A stretch of 64,000 nucleotides of DNA from the human T2T-CHM13v2.0 reference genome, Homo sapiens, in the NCBI RefSeq assembly GCF_009914755.1, contig NC_060927.1; one strand, written 5' to 3'. Shown one piece after another: positions 61,253 to 64,000 of this stretch. A model generated the notes under the pieces. That model was not told the origin of the DNA. It was given only the letters and a program-made list of their open reading frames with translations, and ran no database searches. The stretch's first letter is position 1. Each line of letters starts with the position of its first letter. Position numbers and translations under genes: made by a program.

Positions 61253-62316
61253 CCATTTTAGTTCTTATACACAAAATTGATCCTCCTTTACCCAGTTCCG
61301 TGTCCTTGAGTGTATTACCTTCACTTCCCTAAGCATCATTCTTATTTCTAAAATGGGGATAACTGTAACTGTATGTGCCTCACAGGATTGTTGGCAGGAT
61401 TTAGTGGAGTGGTAACATTAATAGTAGTAATTGATGAGTAAGATTTTGTTACATTATGTATCAGGTACTGTTCTAAGAACTTGAACTCTACCTAACTCCT
61501 TTCTGGTAGAGGGTATTAAAAGCATAGCAGTATTCAATAAGTATTAGTTGTATCCTGAATCCTTTTCACATCTCTTAATAACTCAGGTATCCTAATTCTC
61601 AACAGTTGATTGTTTACCTATTTACTTCTCAATATACAGCTTCTGTATAATTTTCTACATAATGAAAACTTTGATGTACACACCAGTATGAAAAATCTTG
61701 GTTCTGCAGCATACCAGTTGCACAATTTAATCATGCTGTGCCTTGGTTTTCTTCATCTAAAGCAGGGATGCCAATACCTAATTCTCAAGTGTTAAGGAAG
61801 TTGAATGAGATGGCCCATGTCAAGCAGCTGACAGACCACAGGCACTGACTGATGTCCTTTTCCATCTCCCATCCTGTGCTGCTCCTGGGAACCCTCCATC
61901 TTGCTGTTATCCCCAGGCTGTTTCATTTTGTTTTGATGATTCTCTTGGTCATATTTATAAGAACACTAGTATAAGACAAAGATTCTCTCCGTTGCACATT
62001 TTGTGCCTTATTCTCTAGCCACTTATGCTTGTTTCTAGGCCACAGGATAGCAAGAATACTAGGCACGTAGAAGATTTTTTGTAAACGTGTACTAAGCTGG
62101 ATAAAACAGACATGATAAAGAATCAGCCTGGCTTCTATTAGCCATCAGGCCAGATTTCTTCATTAGCCTGAGCAAGATGGCTCAGTGTTTGTTCACAGAG
62201 GCTAAACGTATCACTTTTTAAAAGAGAGTTTTTGTTTGTTTGTTTTAAATCAGGCAAGGCTTGTAGAACTTAAGGTAGAAGAAAGTGCTGGATTGAGCCT
62301 TTGTAATCTAAGGGGG

Positions 62317-62483
62317 TGTATTAGTTTAGTAGGGCTACCATAACAGAATACCACAGACTGGATAGTTTACACAAGAGAAATTTATTTTCTTACAATTCTA
62401 GAGGTTGGAAGTCCAAGATCAAGGTGTCAGCAGGATTAGTTGGTTTCTTCTAAGGCTTCTCACCTTGGCTTGTAAATGGCCAT
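62317..62483 (-). mobile_element. MLT1 (ERVL-MaLR) LTR fragment, interrupted by THE1
   Basis: tgtattagt...ccataacagaataccacagactgg...gaagtccaagatcaaggtgtcagcagg, typical of MLT1. Confidence 0.8.
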
Positions 62484-62839
62484 TGTATTTTCCATTTTCA
62501 AGCTGCTAATAAAGACATTCACAAGATTGGGCAATTTACATAGGAAAAAGGTTTAATCAGACTTACAGTTCCACATGGCTTGGGATGCCTCACAATCATG
62601 GTAGAAGGCAAGGAAAAGCAAGTCACATCTTACATGGATGGCAGCAAAAAAAAAAAAGAGCTTGTGCAAGGAGATTCCTGTTTTTCAAAACCATCGGATC
62701 TCATGAGACTTATTCACTATCATGAGAACAGCATGGGAAAGACCTGCCCCCATGATTCAGTTACCTCCCACTCAGTCCCTCCCACAACATGTAGAAATGC
62801 AAGATGAGATTTGGTTGGGGACACAGCCAAACCATATCA
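62484..62839 (-). mobile_element. THE1B/C LTR
   Basis: tgtatt...ctgctaataaagacat...acagttccacatggct...gacacagccaaaccatatca. Confidence 0.9.
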
Positions 62840-64000
62840 TTATGTACCTGGCCCCTCCCAAATCTCATGTCCTCACATTTCAAAACAAATCATGCCTTTC
62901 CTACAGTCCCTCAAAATCTTAACTCATTTCAGCATTAACTCAAAAGTCCACAATCCAAAGTCTCATCTGAGACAAGGCAAGTCCCTTCTACCTATCTGCC
63001 TATAAGCCTATAAAATCAAAAGCAAGTTAGTTACTTTCTAGATACAATGAGGGTACAGGCATTGGGTAAATACAGCCATTCGAAATGGGAGAAATTGGCC
63101 CAAACAAAGGGGCTACAGGCCCCATACAAATCCAAAATCCAGTGGGACAGTCAAATCTTAAAGCTCCAAAATGATATCCTTTGACTCCATGTCTCACATC
63201 TAGGTCACACTGAGGCAAGAGGTGGGTTCCCATAGTCTTGGGCAGCTCTGCCCCTGTGGCTTTGCAGGGTACAGCCTCACTCCTGACTGCTTTCACAGGC
63301 TGGTATTGAGTGCAGATTTTCCAGGCATGTGATGCAAGCTGTTGGTGGATCTACCATTCTGGGATCTGGAGGATGGTAGCCCTCTAGGCAGTGCCCCAGT
63401 AGGGACTTTGTATGGTGGCTCTGACCCCACATTTCCCTTCTGCCCTACCCTAGCAGAGGTTCTCGATGACAGCCCCACTCTGCAGCAAACTTCTGCCTGG
63501 ACATCCAGGCATTTCCATACAGCCTCTGAAGTCTAGGCGGAGGTTCCCAAACCTCAATTCTTGACTTCTGTGCACCCGCAGGCTCAACGCCACATGGAAG
63601 CTACCATAGCTTGGGACTTGCACCCTTTGAAGCCACAGCCTGAGCTGTACCTTGGCCCCTTTCAGTCATGACTGGAGTGGCTGGGATGCAGGGCACCAAG
63701 TCCTTAGATTGCACACAGCATGGGGACTCTGGGCCTGGCCCACACAACCATTTTATCCTCCTAGGCCTCAGGGCCTGTGATGAGAGGGGCTGCCATGAAG
63801 ACCTCTGACATACCCTGGAGACATTTTCCCCATTGTCTTGCGGATTAACATTCAGCTCTTTGTTACTTAAGCAAATTTCTGCAGTGGGCTTGAATTTCTC
63901 CTCAGAAAATGGGATTTTCTTTTCTATTATATTGTCAGGCTGCAAATTTTCCAAAGTTTTATGCTCCGCTTCCCTTATAAAACTTAATGCCTTTAACAGC
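62840..64000 (-). mobile_element. THE1 internal region, continues past the window
   Basis: Directly follows the LTR. Minus ORF remnant ENLQPDNIIEKKIPFSEEKFKP... is typical THE1-int. Confidence 0.9.

Noticed and set aside
62811-63954. ORFs at the window end
   Set aside because: Degenerate THE1 internal sequence.

Overview
Primate (almost certainly human) genomic DNA: about 28 Alu elements, old L1M, MIR and L2 fragments, LTR elements and MER DNA transposons. It lies inside the FNDC3B gene (+ strand). One 77-nt constitutive coding exon (47961-48037, GPAEVPMMSPNGSIPPIHVPPGYISQ) is flanked by long introns. Also present are a probable alternative terminal exon (7805-~8385, DEVVKRACD*), an antisense RPS27A processed pseudogene split by an Alu, a 7SL retrocopy, a MER52 solo LTR and a THE1 element nested in an MLT1. 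Nearly all ORFs in the supplied track are repeat-derived or random. I found no new protein-coding system. The most interesting signals are: (i) two intronic acceptor + stop + poly(A) units that would each give a 71-aa N-terminal FNDC3B microprotein; (ii) three AG|GT recursive-splice-like sites; (iii) two Alus whose 5' ends carry sequence resembling another place in this window (a 107-bp block 40 kb away; a MER52 piece 2 kb away). Gene and repeat names are from memory of the sequences, not from database searches, and repeat boundaries are approximate.
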